A stretch of 64,000 nucleotides of DNA from an uncultured Aminicenantes bacterium (GTDB taxonomy: Bacteria > Acidobacteriota > Aminicenantia > UBA2199): contig CBDAFS010000058.1 of assembly GCA_965195285.1 (NCBI GenBank), forward strand, positions 21,711 through 85,710, in the 5' to 3' direction. The translations under genes and the position numbers were made by a program. Of the stretch, positions 31,847-43,214 are shown piece after piece. Every line of letters starts with the position of its first letter. Positions within the stretch are counted from its first letter, which is position 1. The notes beneath the pieces are model-generated. The model searched no databases. It had not been told where the DNA came from and worked only from the letters and a program-made list of their open reading frames with translations.

Positions 31847-32859
31847 TTTTCCTCCAGTTCCTTTACTCTCTTTTCCAGTGATTTGATCCGCTCGATGAAT
31901 TTTTCCAGATTCCGGAACAAAACTTGATTTTTTCTCCATTGTTTTATATCCTGGTGCGGATATCCGGCTACAATGCCTTTTTCTTTTATATTACCGGTTA
32001 CTCCTGTTTTTCCGGCTATCATTACCCCGTCTGCAATTTTCAGGTGATCTCCAATTCCAACCTGCCCGCCCATTATGACATTTTCTCCGATTTCCGTGGA
32101 GCCCGAGATTCCGGTTTGCCCGGATAAAGTCGAAGATCTTCCGATAGTCACATTGTGGCCGATCTGCACCAGGTTATCGGTTTTCACATAGGCTTTTAAA
32201 TCGGTTTTTTCAATGGTGGATCTATCGATACAGGTATTGGCCCCGATCTCACAATGATCTCCAATGATTACCTGTCCCTTCTGTGGGATTTTTACAATCG
32301 ATCCATCCGATTTCCGGGTAAAGCCAAAACCGTCAGAACCGATAATGGCACCTGGTTGAATAATCACCTGGTTGCCGATATCAACATCTTCCCGAATGAC
32401 TACATTCGAATATATGATGCACTGTTTGCCAATTTTTACCCCCGGGTAAATAATGACACCCGCGTGAATTTCGGTTTCATCCTTGATTTGGGCATGATCT
32501 CCGATGTGGGAAAAAGTCCCTACCGAGACATTCTTTCCCAATACAGCTGACTTGGCTATATAGGCCAGTTCATCGATACCTTCATTGAATCGACGGTGCG
32601 GGAAAAAAAGATGTAAAATCTGGGCAAAGGCAATATACGGATATTCGACATAGATGAGGTTGGGGTAGACGATGTGGCTGCTTTTTTTGACGATCAATGC
32701 ACCGGCATTGATTGTTTTTAAATCAATTTGGTCCTGGTCAGAGAATGCAATTTCATTTTTCCGGGCGTTCTTCAATGAATTTACCGATGAAACCGCATGA
32801 TCCGGGTCTCCCTTGAGTTCACCACCGATAATTTCAGTTATTTTTTTTAATTTCATCAT
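31843..32859 (-). CDS. lpxD: UDP-3-O-(3-hydroxyacyl)glucosamine N-acyltransferase
   Basis: IGSDGFGF, KIPQ.G.V.IGD..EIGANTCIDR, DNLVQIGHNV and GGQVG..DH. Confidence 0.95.
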   Translation of the reverse strand: MMKLKKITEIIGGELKGDPDHAVSSVNSLKNARKNEIAFSDQDQIDLKTINAGALIVKKSSHIVYPNLIYVEYPYIAFAQILHLFFPHRRFNEGIDELAYIAKSAVLGKNVSVGTFSHIGDHAQIKDETEIHAGVIIYPGVKIGKQCIIYSNVVIREDVDIGNQVIIQPGAIIGSDGFGFTRKSDGSIVKIPQKGQVIIGDHCEIGANTCIDRSTIEKTDLKAYVKTDNLVQIGHNVTIGRSSTLSGQTGISGSTEIGENVIMGGQVGIGDHLKIADGVMIAGKTGVTGNIKEKGIVAGYPHQDIKQWRKNQVLFRNLEKFIERIKSLEKRVKELEEK

Positions 32860-33721
32860 TTTTTCCCCTGTCAAATATGTAGGTCAGTTTGGCCCCGTAG
32901 AGCATAATTGACATTGAAATTTGCATCCAGAAGCCGAATAGGATAATGGCAATTATGGGTCCCCGTATTTCCCATACAAAAGAAACGTTTACCAGATAAT
33001 ATGTGTATGCCCTCTTGGTTATTTCCCAGAGTATTGTGGAAATAATGGCAGCGATGAATGCCCCCTTCACGTAGACTTTTTTTTCCGGTATCCATTTATA
33101 AAGCACGAAAAAAAACAGCAGGGAGATTAAAAAGGGAGCTACATATGTTACCAGGAATGTATCTAAAAATTCGACAAATCCCGGATGAATATGGATGGCA
33201 ATAAACTGGTTTTTTTGAAAAAGAGTGGTGAAGGTGGAAATGAAGCCGGAAAAAAGAAAGGAAATGACCAGTAGGGAACCCATGACAAAGAGTAAGCTTA
33301 CCTCACTGATACGCCTGGTCAGGAAACCTTTCTCCGACTTTTTTTCCTTTAGCTTGATATTGAACATTTCATTGACAAATTGAACCATTTTTTTGATGAC
33401 CAGAAAAGAGAGAAACACAAAAAACAAAATTCCCAGAATTCCGATCTCTCTTAGTTTGGTGGAAACATCCTGGGCTTTTCTGAACAATTCGGGTGAGATC
33501 TTTGAAAAAAAATCAGGTGAAAAAGGGTACATCCCTTCTATGGCCGTATTGGGATCTCCCAGAAATTTGGTGAAGACAAATGTGAAGAAAGTGAGTAAAA
33601 AAAGAGTGGAAAATATGGAATATAAAGCCAGGATACTTGACTTGTCAAGGCCGTCATCATGAACAAATTCCTTCAATGCGATCCACACATTTTTCAGAAT
33701 GTTAAATTCTTTCAGTTTCAT
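32834..33721 (-). CDS. YihY/BrkB-family inner membrane protein
   Basis: F..DD....S..LA.YS.FS, LYKWIP, W.ITK..Y..Y and I.LYGA. Confidence 0.85.
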   Translation of the reverse strand: MKLKEFNILKNVWIALKEFVHDDGLDKSSILALYSIFSTLFLLTFFTFVFTKFLGDPNTAIEGMYPFSPDFFSKISPELFRKAQDVSTKLREIGILGILFFVFLSFLVIKKMVQFVNEMFNIKLKEKKSEKGFLTRRISEVSLLFVMGSLLVISFLFSGFISTFTTLFQKNQFIAIHIHPGFVEFLDTFLVTYVAPFLISLLFFFVLYKWIPEKKVYVKGAFIAAIISTILWEITKRAYTYYLVNVSFVWEIRGPIIAIILFGFWMQISMSIMLYGAKLTYIFDRGKNDEIKKNN

Positions 33722-33807
33722 GAATCAACTCAAGAGTATCAATTTTCTACACAGTCTTGGTGCAGATAGAAATAGGGTCGGGTAAATCTTATTTTTCCTG
33801 GCGATTT

Positions 33808-34152
33808 TTAATATGAATAATTACCCCATTTCACGAAAAATATAATCAGGTCGATTAACAGGACATAGATAACCAGTGATTCGATCAAAGCCAGTCCGAT
33901 AATCAAAATAGTTTTGATTGAATCGGCGGCAGCCGGGTTTCTTCCGATATTATCTGCGGCTGTCCTGATGGCCTTGGATTGTGCAAAAGCAGCCAGTATT
34001 GCCGTAGCGGCCAGTGAGACTCCACCGATAATGATGGACCACAAAAACAGGGGTGTCGCATCTTTTACTTTGGTGAGTTCGTTATCTGCAGCCGAAAGTG
34101 TGAGTGAAAAAATAACCAGAGCAAAAAAGATGAGCAAAAGTTTGTTTTTCAT
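33808..34152 (-). CDS. atpE: F0 ATP synthase subunit c with N-terminal signal-like extension
   Basis: RNP loop and IESLVIY ion-binding site; follows atpB. Confidence 0.9.
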   Translation of the reverse strand: MKNKLLLIFFALVIFSLTLSAADNELTKVKDATPLFLWSIIIGGVSLAATAILAAFAQSKAIRTAADNIGRNPAAADSIKTILIIGLALIESLVIYVLLIDLIIFFVKWGNYSY

Positions 34153-34170
34153 TTTATTTCCTCCTTGAGA

Positions 34171-34893
34171 CTAATGTTCTGAAGCCATGGCTCCTGATAG
34201 ATATATTGCAGAAAGCATAACAAAAATAAATGCCTGAAGCAGAGATGTAAATATTGCGAATGCCATCATGGGCAGAGGAGCGATATAGGGAATTAAAGAA
34301 ATAATGATGATAATTACCAGATCCTCACCGAAGATATTCCCGAAAAGCCTCATGGAAAGTGATAAAGGCCTGGAGAAATGAGATATGATTTCAATGGGGA
34401 AAAAAAGCCAGGCCAGCCACCAGGCAGGTCCGGCAAATTTCTTCAAGTAACCCAGCAACCCGTGCTTTTTCACACCCTGATAATGGTAATAAACAAAGAT
34501 AAAGGTGGCACATCCGACAGTTACATTTAAATTGGCTGTTGGAGAAGCCATTTCCGGGAAAAGACCCAGAAGGTTGGAAGTAGCGATAAATATACCCATG
34601 GTGGTCAGTGCGGGGAGAAATTTTCTCCCTTCGTGACCGATAAGATCATCGATTAATGACTGAAAAGCCTTGTACAGCATTTCCAGAACATTTTGCATTT
34701 TATCCGGAAATATTTTTAGGTTTTTTACGGTCAATTTAAAAAATAAGATAACGATAAGAGCGGCAATTCCAGCCATAACAATATGAGCTGGTATGATATC
34801 TCTTCCTTTTTCAATGTTGATACCAATGGCTGATAACATCCATACCAGGAATTTATTGATCGATTCAACGATGATGAGTTTATGTTCTTCCAT
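34171..34893 (-). CDS. atpB: F0 ATP synthase subunit a
   Basis: NLLGL.P, PTAN.N, RPLSLSMRLFGN and LQAFIF..LS..Y. Confidence 0.95.
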   Translation of the reverse strand: MEEHKLIIVESINKFLVWMLSAIGINIEKGRDIIPAHIVMAGIAALIVILFFKLTVKNLKIFPDKMQNVLEMLYKAFQSLIDDLIGHEGRKFLPALTTMGIFIATSNLLGLFPEMASPTANLNVTVGCATFIFVYYHYQGVKKHGLLGYLKKFAGPAWWLAWLFFPIEIISHFSRPLSLSMRLFGNIFGEDLVIIIIISLIPYIAPLPMMAFAIFTSLLQAFIFVMLSAIYLSGAMASEH

Positions 34894-35269
34894 TGGATAT
34901 ATTCCTGAATATTTGATAGGCACTCTCAATCATGATGGATAGCACAACAGTGGAGAGACCGAGAATGAAAAAGAAAATAGCGGCGTCAGAGATTTTTGAT
35001 AACGGGTAAAAAATCGCTATTATCAGGACAATTTTCAAAAAACTGGAAAAGAAAATGAGGAATTTCCCTTTTTGTTTAGTCAGGTATCTGTCGATTATCT
35101 TTATCATTGTAAGAAAACTCAAAATTCCGACTAATGTGGCCAGTAAGGTTATTATACAATAAATGAGGCTTTTTGTAAAAACATAAATTAATCCAATAAT
35201 GATGATCTGGAATACTATTGAAATCCTCAGAATTCTTTTTATGATCCGGGTATTATTTTCTGTTGCCAT
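34880..35269 (-). CDS. atpI: ATP synthase accessory membrane protein I
   Basis: Four TM segments; lies between the AtpZ-like gene and atpB. Confidence 0.7.
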   Translation of the reverse strand: MATENNTRIIKRILRISIVFQIIIIGLIYVFTKSLIYCIITLLATLVGILSFLTMIKIIDRYLTKQKGKFLIFFSSFLKIVLIIAIFYPLSKISDAAIFFFILGLSTVVLSIMIESAYQIFRNISNGRT

Positions 35270-35474
35270 TTTGTTTCGAAATCTTGATTAAATTCACGAA
35301 CCCGGCGGCTATTCCATAAAGCGTGAATACGATCAGTAAATATGGGGAGGTTTTAAAAAGTTGATCCAGAAAATAACCGATGGCAAATCCCACGACAATG
35401 GAGGCGGGAAACATCAGGCCCACAGTTGAATAAGCTGTCCATTTTTTCTTTTTCTGGAGATTTTCGTTTTTCAT
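35253..35474 (-). CDS. AtpZ/AtpI-family (ATPase gene 1) protein
   Basis: G..IGYFLD..F.TSPY....TLYGIAAGF signature. Confidence 0.85.
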   Translation of the reverse strand: MKNENLQKKKKWTAYSTVGLMFPASIVVGFAIGYFLDQLFKTSPYLLIVFTLYGIAAGFVNLIKISKQNGNRK

Positions 35475-35541
35475 GTGAATTTCAGAGAGATTTTACTGAT
35501 TCGGGTTCTCTGCTTTGGATAGGTGAGATTTCATGGAACAT

Positions 35542-35898
35542 TTAAAAATCGTCATTTTCCTCTTCGTCTTTTATATTATAGCCATTAAAGTTTTCATCTG
35601 AGTTCTCATCATCAAAATTGTTGTTTTCGCCATAGTAATCCATGGAATCAAAGTCTTCCTCACCGAATTCTTTCTTTCGGATGGTCAGGGATTTTGAAAA
35701 TTCTTCTTCGTCCTCAAAATGTCTTATATAATTGGAATCCAGTTCGCTGTAATATAATTCCAAATAATCATCATCTATTTGACAAAAAATTGACATGTGT
35801 TCAAAAGCATCCAAATCACCAATGATTTCTACAATTTTAGTGGAAGCGTCTTTTAAGGCATCAAGGGTTTTCCAGGATAAGACTTCTAATTGCTCCAT
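35542..35898 (-). CDS. Hypothetical, highly acidic protein
   Basis: 118-aa ORF filling the gap, with a GAGG SD-like sequence upstream and a D/E/N-rich C-terminus. Confidence 0.6.
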   Translation of the reverse strand: MEQLEVLSWKTLDALKDASTKIVEIIGDLDAFEHMSIFCQIDDDYLELYYSELDSNYIRHFEDEEEFSKSLTIRKKEFGEEDFDSMDYYGENNNFDDENSDENFNGYNIKDEEENDDF

Positions 35899-35950
35899 TA
35901 CCGATTTCCTCAGAAAAATTAAGTCATTTACTATTTATAAATATAAAATA

Positions 35951-38675
35951 TTATTTGTCAAGACTTTTTCCCAATTTTTTTATATATTGGCCGGTGATGC
36001 TTTTGGGGGATTTGACTAATTGATTTGTATTGCCCTGAAAGAGTATGTGACCTCCCTTATCGCCACCCTCCGGACCCAGTTCAATGATGTAATCTGAGTA
36101 GAGGATGAGACTGAGGTTATGATCTGCAGCGACAATGGTGTTCTGATTTTTGATTATTTTATCGATCAAGTTTTTCAACATTTCAACATCATGATCATGA
36201 AGCCCGAAGCAGGGCTCATCAATTAAAAACAAAGCCCTGGATTTCTTCATGGTTACGGATCAAGCTGATTAAATTCTTAACCATGAACAAAGCCCTGGAT
36301 TTCTTCATGGTTAAGAATTTAATCAGCTTGATCCGTTGCAATTCTCCCAGTGATAATGTGGATAACCGCTGCCCCAGTTTCAGGTATCCCATTCCGTGGG
36401 TTTGAATATTGAGTAAAATATCATTGATCCGGGGGATTTTGTTTTCGATCAATTGGATGAATTCATTGATGCTCAGGTTGAGTATTTCATAGATGTTCTT
36501 GCTTTTGTATTTGACTTTCAATACCTCCGGTTTGAAACCGGTCCCTTGGCATTCGTCGCAGTGCATTTTTACGGCAGGTAGGAATTGCATTTCAATTTCC
36601 ACAAAACCCTTTCCCTTGCATTCCTGACATCTCCCCAGCGGAGAGTTATAGGAAAAGTGTCCCGGAAGGTATTGATGGAGTTGACTCTCCTTGAGTTGTG
36701 AAAAAAAATCCCGGATAGCGGTATATGAATCAAAGAATCCGATTACGGTGGTTCTGGTCCTGGCCCGTCTGATCCCGGGATCAATGAAGATGAGGTCTTT
36801 GATCAATTTTTGGTTTTTTTGAAAAATCTCATGGTAAAGTAGAGTGGTTTTACCGGATCCGCTGACCCCGGCAATAATGGAAAATCGGTTTTGGGGAATT
36901 TTGAAGTTGAAATTTTTTAAATTGTGAGTGGATGCATTTTTAAATTCAAACCACTTTTCAGGAAATGGCCGGGCCTTTTTTATCTTTACAGGCTGGCTGA
37001 AATAGGTCTGGGTAATGGTTTTTATTTTGGAGAAAAAGTCCTCTTTCCAACCGTTGTACACAAGGTTTCCGCCCCCTTCACCGGAATAGGGACCCAACTC
37101 CAGAATGTAGTCCGAATGCCAGACGATATCCTTATTATGTTCGATGATCAATACGGTATTTCCGTTTTCTTTCAGGCGGACCAAAAATTTGATCAGTTTT
37201 TTATAATCGTAGGGATGGAGATCGGCCGAGGGCTGATCAATAACCAAAAGCGAGTCGGACAGAACCGAGCCCAGAATAAAGGCCAGGTTAATTCTCTGAA
37301 ATTCCCCCCTTGACAGCGTAAAGGTATGGCGGTTCAGCTGGATATAGGAGAGGCCGCTGTCCATCAGGTACTTCAGCCTTGAATTGATTTCTTCGAATAC
37401 GGCAGGGGTTATTTTGTTTTTATATTTCTTGTGATTTATTTTACTGAAGAATTCAAAAGCTTGCTCAATGGTTAAATTGAGCAAATCAGCCAGATTTTTT
37501 TTCTGAAAGCGATATGAGAGAGCCGTTTGGTTTAAGCGATTGCCCTGACAGAGCGGGCATTTTTTATAGGATGAATATCTACTCAGGAAAACCCGGGCTT
37601 GAACCTTATAACTTCTTTTTTTTATATAATTAAAAAAACCACTGATCCCCGGGAAGAATTCATTCCCGTTCATTAAAAAGTCAATATCCACTTTTTTCAA
37701 ATCTTGAATCGGGAGGTTTAAATCAATTCCCGCATCAATAGCCATTTCTGTCAGGTGGTTTCGAAAACCGGTGGTGGCCTTGGAGTTGAAGGGCAGTATT
37801 CCGCCTCCAGAAATGGACAATGATCGGTCAAAAATCAAATCCTGGTCCAGGGTTTGGATATTGCCGAACCCTTTGCAAGTCGGGCATGCTCCCCGGGGAG
37901 AGTTGAATGAAAAAAGATATTCATCAGGCTGGTGATAATCAACATTACAGCGGGGGCAGAAGAGATGCAAGGGATATACGGTTTTTTTACCGCCCAAATA
38001 GATGATGGCTTTTCGCTTGTTAAATCCGATGGCCTTGTCAATGGCTTCGAAAATCCTGCTCTTGTTTTCCGGCTTTATATCAATATGATCGATAAGTATT
38101 TCGATGGGAGATGATCTCACCTTCTTTTGAATTTTTTTCTTTATGCCCTTTTCAATATAAAAATAGTACCCTCTGTTTATCAAGAAGGACAGGTCGCCCT
38201 GATATTCAAAACATATCGAGCATTCTTGGTTTTTTTTTCTGGAAATTTCGGATACAATCTGGTCGATGGTGTAACTCTCTACCTTGATGCCGCAACCGGG
38301 GCAGAAGAAATCGGCCACTTTGGAATATAGAATTCTGAGATAGTCGTATATGTCCGAGGCGGTGGCCACTGTGGATCTGGGGTTTTTGGCCGGTTTTTTA
38401 TGTCGGAAAGCGATTGCAGGAGGCAAGCCTTCGATTTTTTCGACCGGTGGCTTTTCGATTTTGTCCAAAAACTGTCTGATGTAGGGAGAAATGGATTCGA
38501 TGTATCTCAGGTATCCCTCTGCATACAGGGTTTTAAAGGCCAGTGATGTTTTTCCGGCACCGCTGACCCCAACGATTGAAGTGATGTAACCCCGGGGAAT
38601 ATTGACACTGATATTTTTAAGATTATTGGTTTTGGCTCCCTTTATTTCAATGTATTTGGTCATAAGAATCAACAT
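35951..38675 (-). pseudogene. uvrA: UvrA-family ABC ATPase, frameshifted by a 58-bp duplication insert (may be an assembly artefact)
   Basis: NNLKNI, GVSGAGKTS, FSFNSP.GAC..C.G.G and a second GVSGSGKT. Split into ORFs 36219-38675 and 35951-36250; removing 36228-36285 gives one 2667-nt frame. Confidence 0.85.
36228..36336. repeat. Nested 28-bp direct repeat and 33-bp inverted repeat
   Basis: AACAAAGCCCTGGATTTCTTCATGGTTA occurs at 36228-36255 and 36286-36313. 36255-36287 is the exact reverse complement of 36304-36336. Confidence 0.95.
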
Positions 38676-38697
38676 ATATTATCATATGATATTGAAA

Positions 38698-38726
38698 TTG
38701 ACAAAGTGGGGGATTTGGTTTACAAT
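38698..38726 (+). promoter_or_regulatory. Sigma70-type promoter of mutAB
   Basis: TTGACA-N17-TACAAT. Confidence 0.7.
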
Positions 38727-38762
38727 TTTAAGACTGGCAATAATCCATGGGATCTAATTCCG

Positions 38763-40916
38763 ATGCCCCTTAAATCAAAAAAATATCCTGACATATCTTT
38801 AGATAAAGAAGTCAATCTCAGGAATGATTTTCCTCCGACAACCACCGAAGAATGGAGAGCTAAAGTCGAAAGAGACCTAAAAGGATATTCCCTGGAGGAA
38901 AAGCTCGTTTCCCAAACTCCCGAGGAGATAAACCTGTATCCCCTGTACACAAAGGAAGACCTGAAAGAAGTACCAGGTATTTCCAGTTTTCCCGGTTTCA
39001 TCCATTATCTCCGGGGAGCCCGGGCAGGTGGGTATGTAAAAACTCCCTGGGAAATCTGTCAGGAAATCATTGGTTTTGATCCCAAAGGATTTAACCGGGA
39101 GTTAAAACTTGATCTTCAGATGGGTCAGACGGCTATCAATCTGATTCTGGACCGTTCAATCTGCCTGGGGCTGGAACCGAATGAAGCCGATGCAGGTGTT
39201 CCCGGCCGGAAGGGGGTTGGATTAACCGGATTGGATGATTTGTCCGCAGCCCTATCGGGATTGAAATTAAACAGCCATCCATTGTATATAAATACCGGTT
39301 TTTCAGCCTTGCCCATGTTCATGATGCTGGAGGCCCTGTTAAATCAAAGACATGAAAATATTGAACAGCTCAAGGGGGGAATCGAGGCTGATCCCCTTGG
39401 ATTTATGGTGACTGAGGGGAAACTCCCTATTTCGGTGGAAAGGGCATTAGATCATATGGCCTGTTGTGCAAAATGGGTAAAAGAGCGAATGGCTGAGATC
39501 AGAACCATTGGGATCGATGTATCTGTTTATCAGAATGCCGGTGCCAGCGCCACCCTTGAACTGGCCTTGGCCATGGCCACTGCGGTAGAGTATATCAATC
39601 AGCTTCAGGACAGAAACCTGAACATTGATGATATTGCCCAACAGATGAGGTTTACCTTCGGAATCGGATCCCATTTTTTTATGGAAGTAGCCAAATTCAG
39701 AGCTGCCCGGCTGCTCTGGGCCAAGATTGTTCAGGAATTCGGGGGGAGGGAATCCTCCCGGAAAATGAAGATGCATGCCAGAACCTCCTGGCATCTTCAA
39801 TCCTTCTATAATCCCAATCTGAATATTTTGAGATCAACAACCGGGGCATTTTCGGCAATATTGGGGGGAGTCGACAGTTTACATTCCGGAGCATTCAATG
39901 AATCTTTTTCTGTTCCGGATGGTTTTTCACGCCGGCTTGCCCGTAATATCCAACTGATCCTGTTGAATGAAGCCCATGTCAATCAACCGGTTGATCCGGC
40001 TGGGGGGTCCTATTATATTGAATGTTTGACTTCCAGGGTTGCCGAAAAATCCTGGCAGATATTCCAGGAAGTTATTCGATCCGGTGGAATGCTGGAAAGT
40101 CTTCGCAAGGGTCTTCCCCAGTTGAAAATAGACCGACTGAATGAACGTAAGAGGGATGACTTTGCCAGGTTGAAAACCGTAATGATCGGGATCAATGGCT
40201 ATGTGAATTCGGGAGATGAACGGGTTTTCCCCGATTTTATTGAGAAAGTAAATGTCAAAAATTCCCGCAAACCGGAAAGACCGAAAGCCGGGAAACCCAA
40301 CCGGTATTTTGATCACTTATCTTTTTCGCTTAAATCCCCACCCGGGGATATCATCCGGGCTGGCATGCAGGCATTTTTATCCGGGGCTACCTGGAAAAAC
40401 GTATACTCCGCCATAAACAAATATGAAAAACCGTCTTTTAAGGTAAGTAAAATAAAGATGTTCCGGTTGGCTGAAATGTTTGAGAAATTGAGAATCCGGC
40501 TGCTGCTGTTTTCAAAAAAAAGGGGATTCAAGCCTAAAGTTATTCAGCTCGTAATGGGGGAGCTTCCCGATTATAAACCGCAGGCCGATTTTTCAGAGAG
40601 ACTTTTTAAATGTCCTGGATTTGAAGTGATAACTTCACCTGCGGGCTTATCGCCCGCTGAATCCGTTGACCTGGTTGTGCATTCCGGGGCCCGGATTGTG
40701 GTCATTTGTCCGGGACAGGACGGTTTCGCCGAATTGACCCAAGGTATTATTCGGGGATTGAAGAAAAAAAAACCGGATATCATCGTTTTTATGACCGGAT
40801 CGCCACCAAGGGAAAAGGAAAAATTCATTCAACTCGGTGTTGAAGCTTTTATTTATCAGGGAGTTGATGCTCATGAAATTCTCCAGCAGCTGATTTCAAA
40901 AATTGAGGAAAAATAA
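38763..40916 (+). CDS. mutA: Methylmalonyl-CoA mutase small (beta, non-catalytic) subunit
   Basis: FPP...EW...[19 protein letters not shown] and [10 protein letters not shown]; lacks the DxHxxG B12 motif. Confidence 0.88.
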   Translation: MPLKSKKYPDISLDKEVNLRNDFPPTTTEEWRAKVERDLKGYSLEEKLVSQTPEEINLYPLYTKEDLKEVPGISSFPGFIHYLRGARAGGYVKTPWEICQEIIGFDPKGFNRELKLDLQMGQTAINLILDRSICLGLEPNEADAGVPGRKGVGLTGLDDLSAALSGLKLNSHPLYINTGFSALPMFMMLEALLNQRHENIEQLKGGIEADPLGFMVTEGKLPISVERALDHMACCAKWVKERMAEIRTIGIDVSVYQNAGASATLELALAMATAVEYINQLQDRNLNIDDIAQQMRFTFGIGSHFFMEVAKFRAARLLWAKIVQEFGGRESSRKMKMHARTSWHLQSFYNPNLNILRSTTGAFSAILGGVDSLHSGAFNESFSVPDGFSRRLARNIQLILLNEAHVNQPVDPAGGSYYIECLTSRVAEKSWQIFQEVIRSGGMLESLRKGLPQLKIDRLNERKRDDFARLKTVMIGINGYVNSGDERVFPDFIEKVNVKNSRKPERPKAGKPNRYFDHLSFSLKSPPGDIIRAGMQAFLSGATWKNVYSAINKYEKPSFKVSKIKMFRLAEMFEKLRIRLLLFSKKRGFKPKVIQLVMGELPDYKPQADFSERLFKCPGFEVITSPAGLSPAESVDLVVHSGARIVVICPGQDGFAELTQGIIRGLKKKKPDIIVFMTGSPPREKEKFIQLGVEAFIYQGVDAHEILQQLISKIEEK

Positions 40917-40917
40917 T

Positions 40918-43092
40918 ATGATCAAACCTGATTTTTCCAAGGTGAAACTTGATATTCAATCACCTTCAATTTCTGCTCGGGAGTGGAATCAGACCTTTGA
41001 AAGGGAAACAGGCCGGTCAGTCAGGGATCTGATCTGGGAAACCATGGAATATATTGATGTGAAACCCCTGTATACGGCTGATGATCTCAAGGAGGTTGAG
41101 CATCTTGACTATTTACCCGGCATACGGCCCTTTCTCAGGGGGCCCTATGCGACCATGTATATCCAGAGACCCTGGACGGTAAGGCAATATGCAGGTTTTT
41201 CCACTGCCAAAGAAAGCAATGCCTTTTACCGTCGAAACCTGGCTGCCGGCCAGATGGGTCTTTCTATTGCCTTTGACCTGCCCACTCACCGGGGATATGA
41301 TTCGGATCATCCTCGGGTAGTTGGTGATGTGGGGAAAGCCGGGGTTGCCATTGATTCGGTAGAAGATATGAAGATCTTGTTTTCGGGTATTCCCCTGGAT
41401 AAGATGTCTGTGTCCATGACCATGAATGGGGCGGTATTACCGGTTTTGGCTTTTTTTATTGTTGCTGCTGAGGAGCAAGGGGTAGAACCGCAACAATTGT
41501 CCGGAACCATTCAAAATGATATTCTCAAAGAATATATGGTCCGGAACACCTATATATATCCTCCGGAACCTTCCATGAAAATTATTGCGGATATATTCAA
41601 ATACGCATCCGAATATATGCCCAAATTTAACAGCATCAGTGTTTCCGGTTATCATATGCAGGAAGCCGGAGCGACTGCAGACCTTGAGATGGCCTTTACC
41701 CTTTCTGACGGGTTGGAGTATGTGAGAACCGGTATTCAGGCCGGTTTGAAAATAGATGATTTTGCCCCCAGAATTTCATTTTTCTGGGGAATTGGAATGA
41801 ATTATTTCATGGAGATTGCAAAATTGAGGGCGGCCAGGGTTCTGTGGGCAAAATTAATAAAGAAATTTAACCCCAACAATCCGAAATCAATGATCCTGAG
41901 AACTCACTCTCAAACCTCGGGCTGGAGTTTAACCGAACAGGATCCCTTTAATAATGTAATCAGAACCTGTATTGAAGCCATGGCAGCCGTACTCGGCCAT
42001 ACCCAGTCATTGCATACCAATTCCCTGGATGAGGCGATTGCTCTGCCCACTGATTTTTCAGCCCGAATTGCCAGAAATACCCAATTGTTTTTGCAGGAGG
42101 AAACGGGTATATGCCAGGTGATTGATCCCTGGGCCGGGTCATATTATGTTGAATGGCTAACCGCCCAGTTGATCCAAAAGAGCTGGAAACATATTCTGGA
42201 AATCGAATCCTATGGGGGAATGACCCGAGCCATTGAAGCGGGAATCCCCAAAATGAAGATCGAGGAAGCAGCTGCCCGGCGTCAGGCCCGGATCGATTCG
42301 GGAAAGGAAGTCATTGTGGGGTTAAATCACTTTCGCCCGGACCAGGAGCAATCCATTGATATCCTCGAAGTTGATAATACGGCCGTGCGACTGGCTCAGA
42401 TAAAAAGAATTACAGAGCTAAAAGAGAAGCGGGATCAACATGCAATAAAAACCGTCCTGAATGCACTTACCAACTGTATGAAAAGTGGAAAAGGAAACCT
42501 TCTGAAATTGACTATAAAAGCGGCCCGGGCCCGGGCTACCCTGGGGGAGATTTCCGATGCCATTGAAAAAGTATGTGGTCGGTTCAAGCCCCAGATCAAC
42601 ATTATTTCCAGTGTTTATATCAATGAGTATGATCAAGTGAAGGATATTGAAAATATTCGCCGCATAACCGATCGGTTTTCGGAAAGGGAAGGGAGAAGGC
42701 CGCGTATTCTCATTGCCAAGATGGGCCAGGATGGTCATGATCGGGGGGCCAAAGTGGTGGCTACCGCCTATGCGGATATGGGATTTGATGTGGATATTGG
42801 TCCCCTGTTTCAAACACCGGAGGAAACTGCCAGTCAGGCTGTTGAAAATGACGTACACATTGTGGGAATGAGCTCCCTGGCCGGTGGTCACAAAACCCTG
42901 CTTCCCCAGCTGATTGAAGAGTTAAAGAAACGGGGACGTGAGGATATTATTGTGGTTTGCGGGGGGGTTGTCCCGGTTCAAGATTATGATTTTCTTCTGG
43001 AAAAGGGCACTTCGGCCATATTTGGCCCCGGCGCTAAAATACCTGATACCGCGATCAAGATCATGGATGTGGTCAACCAGCGCTTTTTATAG
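40918..43092 (+). CDS. mutB: Methylmalonyl-CoA mutase large (alpha, catalytic) subunit
   Basis: [25 protein letters not shown] and [10 protein letters not shown]. Confidence 0.96.
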   Translation: MIKPDFSKVKLDIQSPSISAREWNQTFERETGRSVRDLIWETMEYIDVKPLYTADDLKEVEHLDYLPGIRPFLRGPYATMYIQRPWTVRQYAGFSTAKESNAFYRRNLAAGQMGLSIAFDLPTHRGYDSDHPRVVGDVGKAGVAIDSVEDMKILFSGIPLDKMSVSMTMNGAVLPVLAFFIVAAEEQGVEPQQLSGTIQNDILKEYMVRNTYIYPPEPSMKIIADIFKYASEYMPKFNSISVSGYHMQEAGATADLEMAFTLSDGLEYVRTGIQAGLKIDDFAPRISFFWGIGMNYFMEIAKLRAARVLWAKLIKKFNPNNPKSMILRTHSQTSGWSLTEQDPFNNVIRTCIEAMAAVLGHTQSLHTNSLDEAIALPTDFSARIARNTQLFLQEETGICQVIDPWAGSYYVEWLTAQLIQKSWKHILEIESYGGMTRAIEAGIPKMKIEEAAARRQARIDSGKEVIVGLNHFRPDQEQSIDILEVDNTAVRLAQIKRITELKEKRDQHAIKTVLNALTNCMKSGKGNLLKLTIKAARARATLGEISDAIEKVCGRFKPQINIISSVYINEYDQVKDIENIRRITDRFSEREGRRPRILIAKMGQDGHDRGAKVVATAYADMGFDVDIGPLFQTPEETASQAVENDVHIVGMSSLAGGHKTLLPQLIEELKKRGREDIIVVCGGVVPVQDYDFLLEKGTSAIFGPGAKIPDTAIKIMDVVNQRFL

Positions 43093-43214
43093 ATAATTAA
43101 TCCAATCCCATTCCCAAGGATCGGTTCGAAGAAAAATTCTTCCCATATGGTTTTTCTTCGGAACTTGGCTTATGAAAATTTACAAAAAAAAAGGGATTGG
43201 TTATAATGCCGTTG

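Noticed and set aside
33808-35474. F0 genes without atpF/H/A/G/D/C as a novel complex
   Set aside because: Split atp operons are well known; the remaining genes are probably elsewhere in the genome.
35951-36250. Independent 99-aa gene or programmed frameshift
   Set aside because: It is the UvrA C-terminus, fully explained by the 58-bp duplication.
38676-38762. Cobalamin riboswitch before mutAB
   Set aside because: The leader is about 30 nt and has no B12-box.
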